A stretch of 64,000 nt of DNA from Camelus ferus (taxonomy: Eukaryota). Under the pieces are notes generated by a model that saw nothing but the letters and a program-made list of their open reading frames with translations, was not told the DNA's origin and did no database searches. Shown in pieces: positions 26,295-38,162 of the stretch; position 1 is the stretch's first letter; each line of letters begins with the position of its first letter. A program made the translations under genes and the position numbers. The stretch is from contig NC_045697.1 in assembly GCF_009834535.1 (NCBI RefSeq), forward strand, positions 1 to 64,000. Reading direction: 5' to 3'.

Positions 26295-27798
26295 TAATCC
26301 TTAAACGGCATTCTGTTTCTACTCGTAGAAGTGTTGATGAAGATTTGATTTAAGATTTTCACTGTTTCTGTTGTAGAGCCGGTCCTTACAGGGCATTAGG
26401 GAGCAGGTGGGCTGTGGTGTCTTGTTTTCCCACCATTGATGGAGTGCCTGCTGTATGCTGCAAGTTGCATATGCATTAGGCCCAGGCCCTCTCCTGAAGG
26501 TTTCTCGGGGGCTGTCCGTTGGGGAGACAGGCTCACCCAGGTCCGGGTTCAGGGTGGAGAGGGAGCGGTGCCGAAGGGAGGGCCTGGTGCCGTGTAGGTC
26601 TGCTGGAGTTGGAGACCTCAGACCCGGTGGAGATCAGGGACCAGCTCTGAGGGCTATCAGGTGATGTTCTCTTGTGTGGCAGTAAAGAAACTGAAGGACA
26701 GCCACTCGGGCAGAGCCTGGGGAAGCTCATGGGGTCGAAGGAGAAGCTGGACAAGAGGCCTGTCAGGTGGGAGGCAGGGCAGCTCTGGGCCTCTTGAGAG
26801 CAGGTGTCCATCTCCCCCAGGACTGCCAAGAGCTGCCTGCCCGGCCACCTCCAGGTCCCAGGTGCAGATTCCCAGGAGAGGGGATGGGACTGGCCAGCAG
26901 GGTCGGGGGCTGCTCCTGGATCAGTCAGTGCTTCCTTCCTGGCAGCTGAGAGCCTTTCCCACAGAGGGGATGTTGCCCTGGTGAGAAAGCTCCAAGCCTG
27001 TGGTCGGCTCCATCCACAGGACCCACTCTGGTCTCTTCTGGTTGCACATGAGAGAAACCAACGCTGAGCCACAAGGAGCCTTTATTCTGAGGCCCACAGA
27101 ACGAGAGACGGGCGAGGATGTAATTGTGCCTCGGGTGCTGGACCCTCCATGCGGCGGCCCCTCTCCCTCCTTCCGTCCCCTGTGCTTCTCTCTGTCTGCA
27201 GACCTTCTTCCTCCTCCTCCTAGAGGGACGTGGCTGTGAACAGCTCTGGGGCCACATGTGTCCCCTCCACCCAAAAAGAACTGAGACTCAGACTCGGGTC
27301 TCAAGAGCAGAGGTCCAGGGAAAGATTCTGATTGGTCCTGGCGAGATCACGTGACACAGGTCTGGACCAATCACTGTAGCCTGGGGTATTGTGAGGAGAT
27401 GGCAGCTCCAGCTGGAGCGCAGAGGTGAACAGACCGTTTCCTGGAAGGAGGAGGAGGGCTGAGGTCCTTCTGAGCAGAGACACCGATGGATGACCAGCAA
27501 GGGGAGATGGCTTCCAACACTGGACAGAAACAGGGCTCCAAATGGACTTCCTGTGTGGTCTGGAAGAAACAGTCCCCTCTCTGGGTCTTAATTTCCCCAT
27601 CTGTAATTTGAAATGAGTGGACGAGAGAGCCAAGGCTGTTTAGGGCATTTGCACCAGCAGATGCTTGAGGCTGACTGGGGTGTGGGCTACAGGTGGGAGG
27701 GCTGGGAGACTGGCTGGAATGGGGGACTTAGAGAACTCTGAATGCCAGAAGGAGGAGTTTGGTCTCAGCCCTCCCCTTGTCATCCATCTGCCTTGCAG

Positions 27799-27936
27799 AG
27801 ACTGCCCAGGATGGCCCAGGCCCCCAGCAGCAAGAGGCTGTGACTCTGCCCCCAAGTCTCCACCTGCAGACCCTCAGCATCCCCGGCTGGAACTACAGCT
27901 CCAACCACACAGAGCACCTGTGGAATCTCCGGAAAG
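27799..27936 (+). CDS. MAN2B2: MAN2B2 exon 16
   Basis: tgcAG, (E)[51 protein letters not shown] donor; 138 nt. Confidence 0.95.
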
Positions 27937-29519
27937 GTGAGGCAGGTGTTCATGTGTCCAGATTCACTCCACTCTCCCCATATCAACCAGACCCCCAAGC
28001 CCATCACCAGACAAAGGAGCTCTCCTCAGAGCTGTCCAGACTCTATATACCCTGGTTCTCTTATCTGCCAATGGGGAGAACGAGGCCCACAGAGAGGCAG
28101 GTCACTCAGGACGCCTGGGACAAGGTGGACCTGGATGCCATCCAGACAGCAGTGACAGTGTGCAGAGGGAAGCCCCCAGCAGGGCCTCAAGGAGGGCTCC
28201 CTGGGGGAAGAAACACCTGCCAGGAACCAACTTGTTATATTGCCGAAGCCCCTGCGGCACCTGATCTGCCACTATACACCTGAGCACCTCCCTAGCAGGG
28301 CTGATTGTGCCTCAGCCACTATCCTGTTCCCAGAGACCCACCCAGGGCTGGCACACCCCAAAGTAAGTGTGTGCAGAACTAGGAAAAAGGGGAAAAGGAA
28401 GAGGCAGAGACCAAATATTACCTTTGTATCTGGTACTCTGGGTATTAGAAACAGTGGCTGCAACCTACAGCCATGTGGCTGCCTAACACGGACTTATAAC
28501 ATCCCCACTCCCCCGGCCTGTCACAGAAGACGAGGGGCAGAGGGCCTCTCCTGCAATAACAGAGCCTTCCCTACCTACCTGTGTGCGATGCCAAGCCCAC
28601 TGAGAACACTTGCACTGGACGCAGCTTCTACCAAAGAAGAGGAAAAGGGGGCTGGGCTGGACCAGTGCTTCCTTCCGGACAGAAGTGAGTGAGGGACCGA
28701 GCGACAGCTGCATCCAAAGATGCAGTGAGGCTCCCCTGGTCCTCATATGCTAGTAACCACCTTATGACGCAGGCTACCGTCATCACCGTCACCTTCATCG
28801 TGTCATCAGCACCGTCCTTCTCCTTGTCTTCATCGTTATCACCGGCGTCATCATCGTCAGTTCTTAACCACAGCACTAAGAACATAGGGAAGAGATTTTA
28901 CAAAGTTTTTTGCTTCAGTAACAAAATTCCGAACTCTCGCTGTCCTACTAGAACCATCATTTCACCCCCACGCCACGTGTCCACTGGGCATCAGCAGGAA
29001 CGCCCTTCTCACCTGGTCACCAGGGACCTGGCAGGTGGAGGCTGTGTTGTAACACAAGCTTCCTCAGTCACTGAGGCAGGAAAAAGCTTCCGTGGGACAT
29101 GAGGCATCACCTCTGCTCACACTGTGTTGGCCTCAGAGTTATGTGGCCACTCCACCCTTCACAGAGAACGAAATACAATATTCCAGAGAACTGGAAGATT
29201 GAGGACAGGCTCAGTGATGGCCACAAAGCTGAATGAGGACCAAGACTTTCCAAACGTCAGAATTGGCCCCTGTGTGGGTGGTGGGAGGCACTACAGTCAG
29301 CTGGACCTGGGCTGGAATCCTCCCTCCCTCCTTCTGTTGCTCAGCAGCTGTGTGGCCTTGAGCAAGTGTCTGCCCCTCTCTGAGCCTCGAATCCTTGTCT
29401 GTCAAGTGGGGGCCATGTCAGCTGCCTCCCAGGGCGGTTGAAGATGTGAAGTTGAGGTGAGTGTGTAAGGTACCAGGCACAGACAGGGGTCCTCACTGCC
29501 ACCTTCCTGTGTCCCTAAG

Positions 29520-29632
29520 GCCATCCACGAAAGGCCAAGGCTGACCTCCGCCGTGTCCTGCTGCGGCTCCACCACCTGTATGAGGTGGGGGAGCACCCGG
29601 TCCTGTCTCAGCCTGTGACGGTGAACCTGCAG
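29520..29632 (+). CDS. MAN2B2: MAN2B2 exon 17
   Basis: ctaAG acceptor, (G)[43 protein letters not shown] donor; 113 nt. Confidence 0.94.
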
Positions 29633-31147
29633 GTAACCTGCCCCCACCTTGCGTCCCGCCCTCAGGTCACTGAATCAGCCCCCTGCCCCCCAGCAGATGC
29701 ACACAGGGAGACAAACCCAAGTGCGACCGTCCTGACTCGGATGCCCCTGGGCACAAAGGAGGGAGGGTCAGTCTCCGGGGGACAGGGGGGCGCCCCCCTC
29801 CTTCTTTGAGGACTTCTGGGCTGTCAGTTTTGACAACATGCCTGCATTTTGGTTGTTTCACATTTATTCTTGTGGTAAATCTTTTTACACAACACAGATG
29901 TTACTTGTGTGATCAGAAAACACAGTAGATTTTCACACAGACTTCCTAGATGGTGATCAGTCACAGAGTCCAGGGTGTGGGTCAAGGAGACTCTGCTGAG
30001 CAGCGCGGGCCCCCTGGGCTCTGGGCCTAAGACTCCCCACCTCTGAATGGGGAGGGCGGAGTCTCTGCCTGCAGGGCTGCTGAGAGGCCCTGGGGTGCTC
30101 ACGTGCACACAGGGGCCTCACACCTAGGAGGCTGGTGGATTTGTGTCCCCGGACCCCGACCTCCGTCCTCACTCCCCTCTGACCCCCACTAACAGGTGAG
30201 GCGCCTGCTGCCCGGACTGACCGCCTTCTTTCCTCAGAAGCTGTGAGGAGATGCCTGCTTTCTCCCCAGTTTGCTTCTCTGTGGGGCTGTGGGCTCGTTA
30301 CTCATCTCCTGCTCACAGAGAATTTCTGTAAATCTCTGTGTTGTGGCTCTGGCCCCATTGGTACCTGTGTCCTCCACGGACTCTGGAAGGACCCCAGTAA
30401 CCCACCCGGAGCTGCCGTTGCGACGCCTTCCCATCGCCCCCTTTCACAGCTCTCGCCTCCATGCAGGCGGGTGGACGGCCTCTTTCCTCCCCAGGGTCCT
30501 TCCCTCTGTCGTCACGGACCTGCTGCCCAGGTGACCTTCATCTTCCCACCTGGCCTTCATCCGTGCACTGGCTTTATTTCTTCTGTTGTCACCACTTGGT
30601 CACAGAAGCAGATGTAAAGGCAGAAGGGGGGATGGGAGCAGCACACAGAGCCTCGCCCTCCGTGCCTTCTCCTCCCACCAGCACAGGGAAGCTCCTGCAG
30701 ACAATCCCAGCCCTCCGGTCCGCAGACTGTCCTTTCCTTACAGTGGCCAGAATGGCGGCCCCCCTCCCCTCTGCACGGGGGGCTGGGTCAGTGCTTACTG
30801 GGGAAGAGGGGATGGAAACCAGGACTGGCTCCATCCTGGGTCCATGCAGGGCGCCAGCTGAGCAACGCTGGGAGGAGGGACCGATGTTGGGGGAAGGTCA
30901 GGTTCCTGCCGTCCCCTGGGCCTGCTCATCCAGCTGGGCACATGGGGACGCACGCTACTCCCCGGCCTCAGTTCCCTCTTCTGTAAAATGGGGCTGCCCA
31001 TCCTGTCCCTGGAGATGTGCTTCAGGAACGAAGTGCAGGAGATGCTGTGCCCTGGGCCACGGTGCGCCCGCCCTTGCTTCTGTTTTGTTCTCTGCTCAGA
31101 GCTGGGGCCTCGGGTAGCTCACCCCTCCCTGTGCTCCCGTCCCACAG

Positions 31148-31268
31148 TCCGTGCTGCGGGGGCTGGGCTCCGTGCTGGCGGTGGAGGAGCGCTCGCTCAC
31201 TGGGACCTGGGACGTGAGCACGCTGCACCGCTGGACGTGGAGGACCCAGGATCGTCCCCTCCGCAGAG
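31148..31268 (+). CDS. MAN2B2: MAN2B2 exon 18
   Basis: cac[42 protein letters not shown], donor GTTTGG; 121 nt, phase 1 fits the last exon. Confidence 0.9.
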
Positions 31269-31864
31269 GTTTGGGAGCCCCTGGTTCAGGCTCCACCCGG
31301 GATTCCCAGCCCGCCCTTCAGCCAGGATCAGGAACTGGACAGGCTTGGCTCAGATCCCACTCTGCTCCTTAAGACCCATGTGACCTTGAACAGGCTGCCC
31401 TCCTGCTCTGAGTCTCAGCCTTCCTGAATGCACCACATCAGGTTAAGGAAGGCTTCAGGTCAGCCTCCACCTGCCAGGAGTCCACACAGGTGGGGTGTGT
31501 GTGTGTGTGTGTGTGTCTCCAAGACCATACCCCTGCCCGTGCCTTGGGTGAGCCCCAAACTTACCAGCACATCCCCAGGGGGCACCTGCCATGCTGAGCT
31601 CACACTGCACACCCCACAGTTACCCCTTGAAAACCACTGGCTGCTTCTTGCCTCCCAGTCTGTGCCTGTGCCGCTCCCTCTGCCTGGACAGCGTTGTCCC
31701 CTTCATCCTGGCCAGCTTCTAGTCGAGCTCCCCGAGGTCCAGGGCTGGGTCAGGTGCCTCCTCTGCTCTCTGTTCCCGCTGAGTTTGCTCTGACCCATAT
31801 CACCTTTTGTGTACTGCACACAGCATGGTCTGGGCACATAGGTAGACACTTAGTCAATTTGGGA

Positions 31865-32040
31865 TAGATGGGTGGATGGGAAAACGGATGATTGAGAGAA
31901 AAGGAAGGAAGCACGGGTGGAAGGAAGGGAGGGAGGGAGATAGGAAGGAATACGTATACTAGATGTGTGGTTGAGTGGATGCTGGCTTGATGACTGGATG
32001 GATGGAAGGACGGATGGTGATGGCTACATTGATGGATGAA
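31865..32040. repeat. Degenerate (GGAT/GGAA)n microsatellite
   Basis: Runs of ggatggatgg and ggaaggaagg. Confidence 0.7.
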
Positions 32041-32434
32041 CAGTCTTTATCCCAAGGGTGAAGCCTGAAGTCCAGGATGTGACTTCAGCAGAGCCCAGTG
32101 AGATAAAGGGCAGGTCCCCCCACCCCCCGCCATGGCCTCAGTGAGAATGCTCTCAGGCATTGAGTGCCACACCCCAGGGGATATGAGGCCAAGTAGGGCA
32201 GGACCAGCTGGATCCACCTTCCCCGTGGCAGGGCGCTCTGCAGAGGGCAGAAATGAAAGCAGCCCGCTGGCAGTGCAGCCCTGTCAGGAGGGGGCAGCCG
32301 ACGGCCCTGATCACCATGGGAGCCGCAAGAATGTGGGCAGGGGTGGTGTTGTGAGGGGGGTGCAGGGAGGAGGTGACCTGGGGAAGCAGGTGGCTCCAAG
32401 GACGGTGCTGGACAGACCACCTCTGCTCCCCCAG

Positions 32435-32532
32435 GAGGCTCCAGCCACCCTTCGCCAACCCCCGGAAGCCCCACCATCACCATCCACCCGAAGGAAATCC
32501 GGACCTTCTTCATTCATTTTCAAAAGCAGTGA
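32435..32532 (+). CDS. MAN2B2: MAN2B2 exon 19 (terminal coding part)
   Basis: cccAG, (G)[31 protein letters not shown] then TGA at 32530-32532; typical GH38 C-terminal P.EIRTF motif. Confidence 0.95.
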
Positions 32533-32653
32533 GCCCTTGGCGGATGTGTGGCCTCAGGATGCAGAGGACGCAGCGTGGAGGGGTGAGGGGTCACTGCCCA
32601 TCTGGCAGGCCTACGGCAGGACATGGATGGAACTGGGGTGTTCTGATCTCTTC

Positions 32654-32659
32654 AATAAA
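32654..32659 (+). terminator. Polyadenylation signal of the mannosidase gene
   Basis: AATAAA about 120 nt after the stop codon, with pyrimidine/GT-rich sequence downstream. Confidence 0.7.
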
Positions 32660-33089
32660 CATTGCATTGAGGACCTGTTTCTTCCCCTGCCCCCCAGAGC
32701 CAGCCCTCCCTCTCCTCTCCTCTCATGTGTGAGAGCTTCACACAGGCTCACGTTCCTTGTTCATTTCCCAAAGTCAAAGACGGGAGGTTCTCCCAGAGGC
32801 AGAGGAAATACAGGGTTACCAAAATGCATCTGCCTGCAGGCTTCGCCGGGTCTCACCAAGGTCACCAGTGATGACTGTGGCCCTGCTGCGTGCAGGGGGC
32901 CTTCACAGGCTCATCCCAGGCTGATGACACCCCTGAAGGGTGTGGCTGTGCCCACTGGACGGGGGAGGGAGCTGTCCACCCCAGACTCCTCCCCTGCCCC
33001 AGGGGACACCTGCCACCCTCCTAGCTCAGGCCACCAGGAGATGAAAGGAAACCGCATAGCACATGAAATGGGACACCATTTATAAGAAT

Positions 33090-33610
33090 TATTAACAACA
33101 AGAAATGTGTATGTTCCACTCCCAGATGTACGTCCAAAGGACTGGGAATATATACTCTCCAGGAAATATTACTGCACGTTCACAGGCACATTCTTCACAT
33201 TCATCAAAGGTGGACACAACTCAAGTGTCCATCAGATACCTAAATACACAAAACATGCCATATCTACACAGTGGGAATATTACTCAGCCATAAAAAAGAA
33301 CAAAGGCCACTACAAACATATATAAGTGAAGGAAGCCAGACACGAAAGGGCCACATGCTGTGCCATTCCATTTCCATGAAGTGTCCAGAAGAGGCAAATC
33401 CACGCAGGTTGAAAATAGAGTCCTAGTTCCCGGGGGCCGGGGGAGGACAGAACAGGTGTGACTCCTGGCAGGTCTGGGGTGTCTTTGCGGGGTGTGTGAT
33501 TGTTGGAGAATTAGATAGTGCTGAGGGTGGCACGGTTTTGTGAATGCACCAAAACCCGCTGAACTGTGTACTTGGAAAGTATGAGTTTGATGGTGTGTGA
33601 TTACATCTCA
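33090..33610 (+). mobile_element. Old LINE-1 (L1M-type) 3' fragment
   Basis: gaatattactcagccataaaaaagaa...aaggaagccagacac...gaaaagtatgagtttgatgg typical of an L1M 3' end. Confidence 0.75.
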
Positions 33611-33819
33611 GTGGCAAATATTCTGGGAGAGTCAACTATGAGATGCAAGGAGGTCGTATGGTCCCCAGGGCTGAGGGATGTCCTGAGGGAAGGACAGACT
33701 TGGAAGGACTCGACCTCCTGGGAGAGGGTGGCTGTGACCACCGGACAGCAGAGTCCTTCTCTGGTCCGGCCAGTGGGAGCTGCTCTGGAGCTGCGGGCAG
33801 GGAAGGTCCTGGGCGTGCA

Positions 33820-34174
33820 GATGGGAGAGGCCAGGCGGGCGACCGGGGACACGGGGCGCGGGGAGCCGGGCCGCAGGGGCGGAGGCCTTCGCCGCCGGGG
33901 GTGCCCGGGGCCCGGCTGCCGTGTCGGGCAGGCCGGGCTGTGGCTGCGGAAAGGCCAACCGCGCTCGCGGCGAGGACGAACTCCGTCTCAGAGGAATTCC
34001 GCCGACGGCCGGGAGCAGGTGACCGGGGCGCGTCCGGGGTGACGCCGGCAGCCGGCAGAGGGCAGGAGCGTGGCGCCTCGAAGGCCCGCGGCGCGTCTGG
34101 GGCGTGCGCGCTGCAGGGGGGCGCCGGCACGCGCCCCTCGGCGCAGCCCCGCGCCGGCCGTGCGGGGCCGCGGG
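33820..34174. promoter_or_regulatory. CpG island, truncated by the assembly gap
   Basis: Very high GC and CpG density (ggggcgcggg, gggcggagg, ccccgcgcc) increasing up to the N run. Confidence 0.8.
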
Positions 34175-34274
34175 NNNNNNNNNNNNNNNNNNNNNNNNNN
34201 NNNNNNNNNNNNNNNNNNNNNNNNNNNNNNNNNNNNNNNNNNNNNNNNNNNNNNNNNNNNNNNNNNNNNNNNNN
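34175..34274. other. Scaffolding gap of exactly 100 N (size probably unknown)
   Basis: 100 consecutive N; a round number typical of gaps of unknown size. Confidence 0.98.
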
Positions 34275-34790
34275 CTAACCCTAACCCTAACCCTAACCCT
34301 AACCTAACCCTAACCTACACCTAACCCTAACCCTAACCCTAACCCCTAACCCTAACCCTAACCCTAACCCTAACCCTAACCCTACCCTAACCCTAACCCT
34401 GACCCTGACCCTGACCCTGACCCTTATCCCTGACCCTTACCCCTTACCCTAACCCTAATCCCTGACCCTGACCCTAACCCTTAACTCTGAGTGTAACCCT
34501 AATATTTGCTCTGGTTCTAGCCCTAGCCCTAACCTTATTTTGTTCCCTAGTGCATGACCTAACTTGTACCCTAACCCATACCTTACCCATACCCTGAACT
34601 TAACCTCTTCCCAAACTCCTATCCTAACCTGTACTCTAGCCCTATTTCGTACCCTTATCCACACCCTAACCCTTTCCCTAACTCTCACCGGTACCCTCAC
34701 ACTGACCCTAACCCTAACCCATTCCCCTACCCTACCTCTAATTTTGACCCTGATCCTAATCCTTAATCCTATTTTCTTGTAACTAACCTA
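34275..34790 (+). repeat. Telomeric (CCCTAA)n array grading into CCCTGA and degenerate variant repeats
   Basis: Near-perfect CCCTAA to about 34398, then CCCTGA, CCTTAC, CCCTAG and other variants with 6-nt periodicity to about 34790. Confidence 0.97.
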
Positions 34791-34899
34791 GCACTCTCCT
34801 GATGGTCAAATCCCACGAAGATGTAACTGAAACACATCAACTAGCCTATGAAATGGAATCCTCCACTTCCCCGTATATTACTACTTACCTGAAATTAAC

Positions 34900-36062
34900 A
34901 GCACAATAGAAATGAGTATCCACCTCCTGCAAATGTCTCCAAAGCAGATAATCCAGTTTTAACACTGTAAACCAAGCAGTGTCATAAATTATTACATAAA
35001 GGTAAGCAATGTGATAAACAACAATTGTACAATACAGAAAAATCACGCCATCCCATCCACTTGATTCACCACAAGCTTTAAACAAATTCCACTCCTACTT
35101 CATAGCATAAACACTCGTGAAAATAGGACCGGGAACAAATTATTCAGTATGATACAAAGCAGTATAAAAAAACACACGGTAAATGTCAATCATCTGGAAT
35201 GAGGCCCAGAGAGTTCCTTTCACCTCTGTTATTCACTATGGTACAGGAAATTCCAGGCAAATCCAGGATGAAAGAGAATAAACATAAAATTGTTACATAT
35301 AAAAGAACGTCTACTCACAGACACAGTTGACATCATTTTACAGATACATCTTGAAAGCACACACAATTCATTGACTAGCTCAATTTTTAAACCGTGAGCA
35401 ACTCAAATACTTCAGCAAGTAGACGATACAAAGTATCAATGAATCAAAATTTGTCTACATGTACACATTAACAATGAATGATCTCAAGAATTTAAGAGAA
35501 TTGTATTTTACATGATGTCAATATTACTAAAATACTTAAGAGTCAATTTAATCAAGGTACAAGACTAGTAAATTAAAATGGAAAAGACACCACTAAAAGA
35601 AATGAAATACAACCTTTAAAAAAAAAGAAGAAGACATCCCATGTTGGTAACAAAACTAAATATGGTGTAAGTGCCCAAAGCGATCTAGGGAGACAAGGTA
35701 ATTTCTATGACAATTTTGGAATAAACACAGAAGTTGATTTTAACATTCATATATAATTTTAGGAACCCCAAAAAGACAAAACAAACTTGAAAAGGGAAAA
35801 CCAAAGATAGAGCTTCATATTTTCAAATTTCATGTCAATACAAAGCAATATAAAAAATATGATATTGCCATAAAAATATAAATATAGATACATGGCAGTA
35901 CATAAGAAGCCCGAACATAATCCCATTCACTTAGGATCAATACATTTTTCACAAGCGTGAATATTTAGGGTTTTTTTTTTTACTACTCTTCCACAAATGG
36001 TGCTGGGTAACTGGCTATCCACATGCAGGGGAATAAACCACGTATACAATTAACTCAAACTA
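34900..36062 (+). mobile_element. Highly decayed LINE-1 ORF2 fragment
   Basis: aaatacttaagagtcaatttaatcaagg, cccaaagcgatcta, ttccacaaatggtgctgggtaactggctatccacatgc are L1 ORF2 landmarks. Confidence 0.75.
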
Positions 36063-36065
36063 CAT

Positions 36066-36615
36066 ACATTGGGATATGGCTGATGGTTTTATATTACTGA
36101 TTGTAGTTAAAAAATTTTAAATCACCAAGAATGAAAGAGACACCTCCTAAATACATGGAGGACGTGGCTAGGTCGGCAGAGGCTCCTACGTGGCCAGATT
36201 GCCAGCTAGAGGTGGACGTACACGTGGTTCAACAAGTGCTGGCACCCACTTCTACTTTTTACAATATGAGTAGGAGTAAGAATGGCGGGAGAAATTGTGA
36301 GAAGCTGCTATCATTCAGTCAGAGTATTGAATGACCCAATTATCAGTGGGACAAGTCAGTTTCTGGGTCCCCCAATTGTCCTTACTATAACTAAAAAACA
36401 CATGCACAGGATACGCATACTACACATGCATACGATGCTATGACAGCATCATAGATTTGGTCATCTCCGAGGAGCGCTCCAGGTCTCTCTGTCTCAGCGG
36501 GGATTAATGACTTTACAGCAGTGCCTACTATTCCAGTTCAAACAATAATATGGTGATATAAAATGCCTATCTTTGTGACTTGTTGAAAGTTGTTAACAAG
36601 TTGGTTTGTGAACTT
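36066..36615 (-). pseudogene. NUMT COX1 5' fragment (roughly the first 180 codons)
   Basis: Reverse complement gives decayed COX1: ctcggagatgaccaaatcta (LGDDQIY), aactgacttgtcccactgataattggg (NWLVPLMIG), ccacctctagctggcaatctg (PPLAGNL). Confidence 0.92.
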
Positions 36616-36616
36616 A

Positions 36617-37001
36617 GGTGAAGTGGTTGAGCAAGCCTTAGACTGTAAATCTAGAGGTAGAGGTTTGGCCCCTTTTGGGTCAAGCCCTGTGGTGAATCAA
36701 CATATTGAAATGCAAATTAAAAAAAAAAAAAAAAGCAGCTTCAGTTTTGCTAGGGCTTCTCCTGCAAATGTCTTCTAGATGGCTGGAGAAATAACTGGAA
36801 GCCAACTTACCAGAAGATTTCCTGTTAACTAAAATGTGCTATGGTGGAAGCCCACCAATCTACCAAGTATTTACCTTAATTAACATGTTTGATTTGCATT
36901 CAAATGATGTAGTACAATCTCTTGCAATCCATATTTTCAGAAGTTAAATTGTACCTCCTTGAACATTTGAAAGCCCTTGGTGTATATTAACCTAAATTCC
37001 T
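36617..37001. pseudogene. NUMT WANCY cluster remnants (tRNA-Tyr, Cys, OL, Asn, Ala, Trp)
   Basis: ttagactgtaaatcta (Tyr anticodon arm), attgaaatgcaaatt (Cys), ctgttaactaaa (Asn), tttgatttgcattcaa (Ala), tttgaaagcccttgg...aacctaaattcct (Trp), in the expected order. Confidence 0.88.
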
Positions 37002-37968
37002 ACTCCAGCACTGATAGAATGGGCGTTAAGGGCAGTAATAGTGTGACTATTAGGATTAGTAACCATCAGATGGTTGTTGTCTATGCTTAAAATCTCATTT
37101 TTTTAATTTATTCATAAAAGTAGAAGAAGTGATATGCAGAATTTTAGCCAGATGTACAAATATATGTTGAACAGTGCTGTGAGGACTGTTAGTGCTGGTA
37201 CGTTGCTGTTACTGGTTTCTGTTATATCTCAAATGATTACTCATTTGAGGAAAAACCCTGATCCTGGTGGGAGGCCTCCTAATAAAACATGATGCTGGGG
37301 ATGAGGATCGTGGTTGCAAGTGTTTTATTCCACATGTGTGATAACGACAGAGTTGTGGTCCATGAGCAGAGCGTGAATAGCAAGACGACAGTGTGGAATG
37401 ATATAAGTTAGTACATTCAGGGTCGTCATGGTTGGATTACACACTGTAATAGCTGTCATCCATCCTCCATGGACAATTGACGAGCAGGCTATAAATGTGG
37501 TAGTTGGGTTTTGCTTGTCTGCCTCAGCTGCTGACGATAATTCATAACACACCTGTGAATAACAGTATGCTTGGGGGGCGGGTGTCGAGATTTGCGGGTG
37601 CGCTTGGGGGTGCACATTCATCACGTTAATTGCATTGGCCCTGCTGTGTGGGGGATGACCTGTGTAGCTTCAGTCACTCAGAAAAGAAATGTGACAAGTC
37701 CAACTTTGTGACTAGGGCTGTTGTTTAAATGGTGGATCCTGTTGGATAAAAAAATTCTGTACTTGTCCATGGCTGGAGTATATTAGATTAAAAGTAAAAT
37801 CCCACATAAATAGTATGGATGTGGTGGGTTGTGTTAGAGAACAGTTGTTGGGTGCTTCTATAACTTGTGCATTCAATTTTCTTATTAGAATGGAAATACT
37901 TGTACAATGTCAGCTTGCTAATAAAATCATGGAATGGTCAGTAGAATGATAGTAAAAATAGGGTTTCT
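37002..37968 (-). pseudogene. NUMT ND2 remnant
   Basis: Lies between tRNA-Trp and tRNA-Met remnants; the reverse complement has ttaggaggcctcccaccaggatcagggttt (LGGLPP..GF-like) and tgctcgtcaattgtccatggaggatga (YSSIAHMGW-like). Confidence 0.85.
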
Positions 37969-38162
37969 TAGCATAGTAAGGATATCAAACAACACTGATA
38001 GCTCACTTGGGGGCCCATCCATCACCACAGAATGTGGTGTAACGTGGCAGCATGAATACTTTTAAGTTCTTAAGGGAACGATCAATTCCTGTGATTCTAG
38101 GAATAAGAGTTCTTAGACCTCTTTTATTTACTTTTCAGATAACTCTTTTGTCAAACATATCA
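37969..38162. pseudogene. NUMT tRNA-Met / tRNA-Gln / tRNA-Ile remnants
   Basis: agaatgtggtgtaa...attcctgtgattctag (Gln) and taactcttttgtcaaacata (Ile, reverse complement) in IQM order. Confidence 0.8.

Noticed and set aside
1..32532. Mannosidase pseudogene
   Set aside because: All 17 exon phases are compatible, there are no internal stops, and the catalytic motifs are intact.
32132..33085. 317-aa ORF overlapping the last mannosidase exon
   Set aside because: Different frame from the real exon, GC-rich and stop-poor sequence, runs through the poly(A) signal, no recognisable domain.
33643..34324. Arg/Gly/Ala-rich ORFs at the CpG island and NPNPNP/LTLTLT ORFs
   Set aside because: Artefacts of extreme GC content, the N run and translated telomeric repeats.
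34100..34400. Head-to-head telomere fusion signature
   Set aside because: No (TTAGGG)n array is visible left of the gap; only the CCCTAA side is present, so a fusion cannot be claimed.
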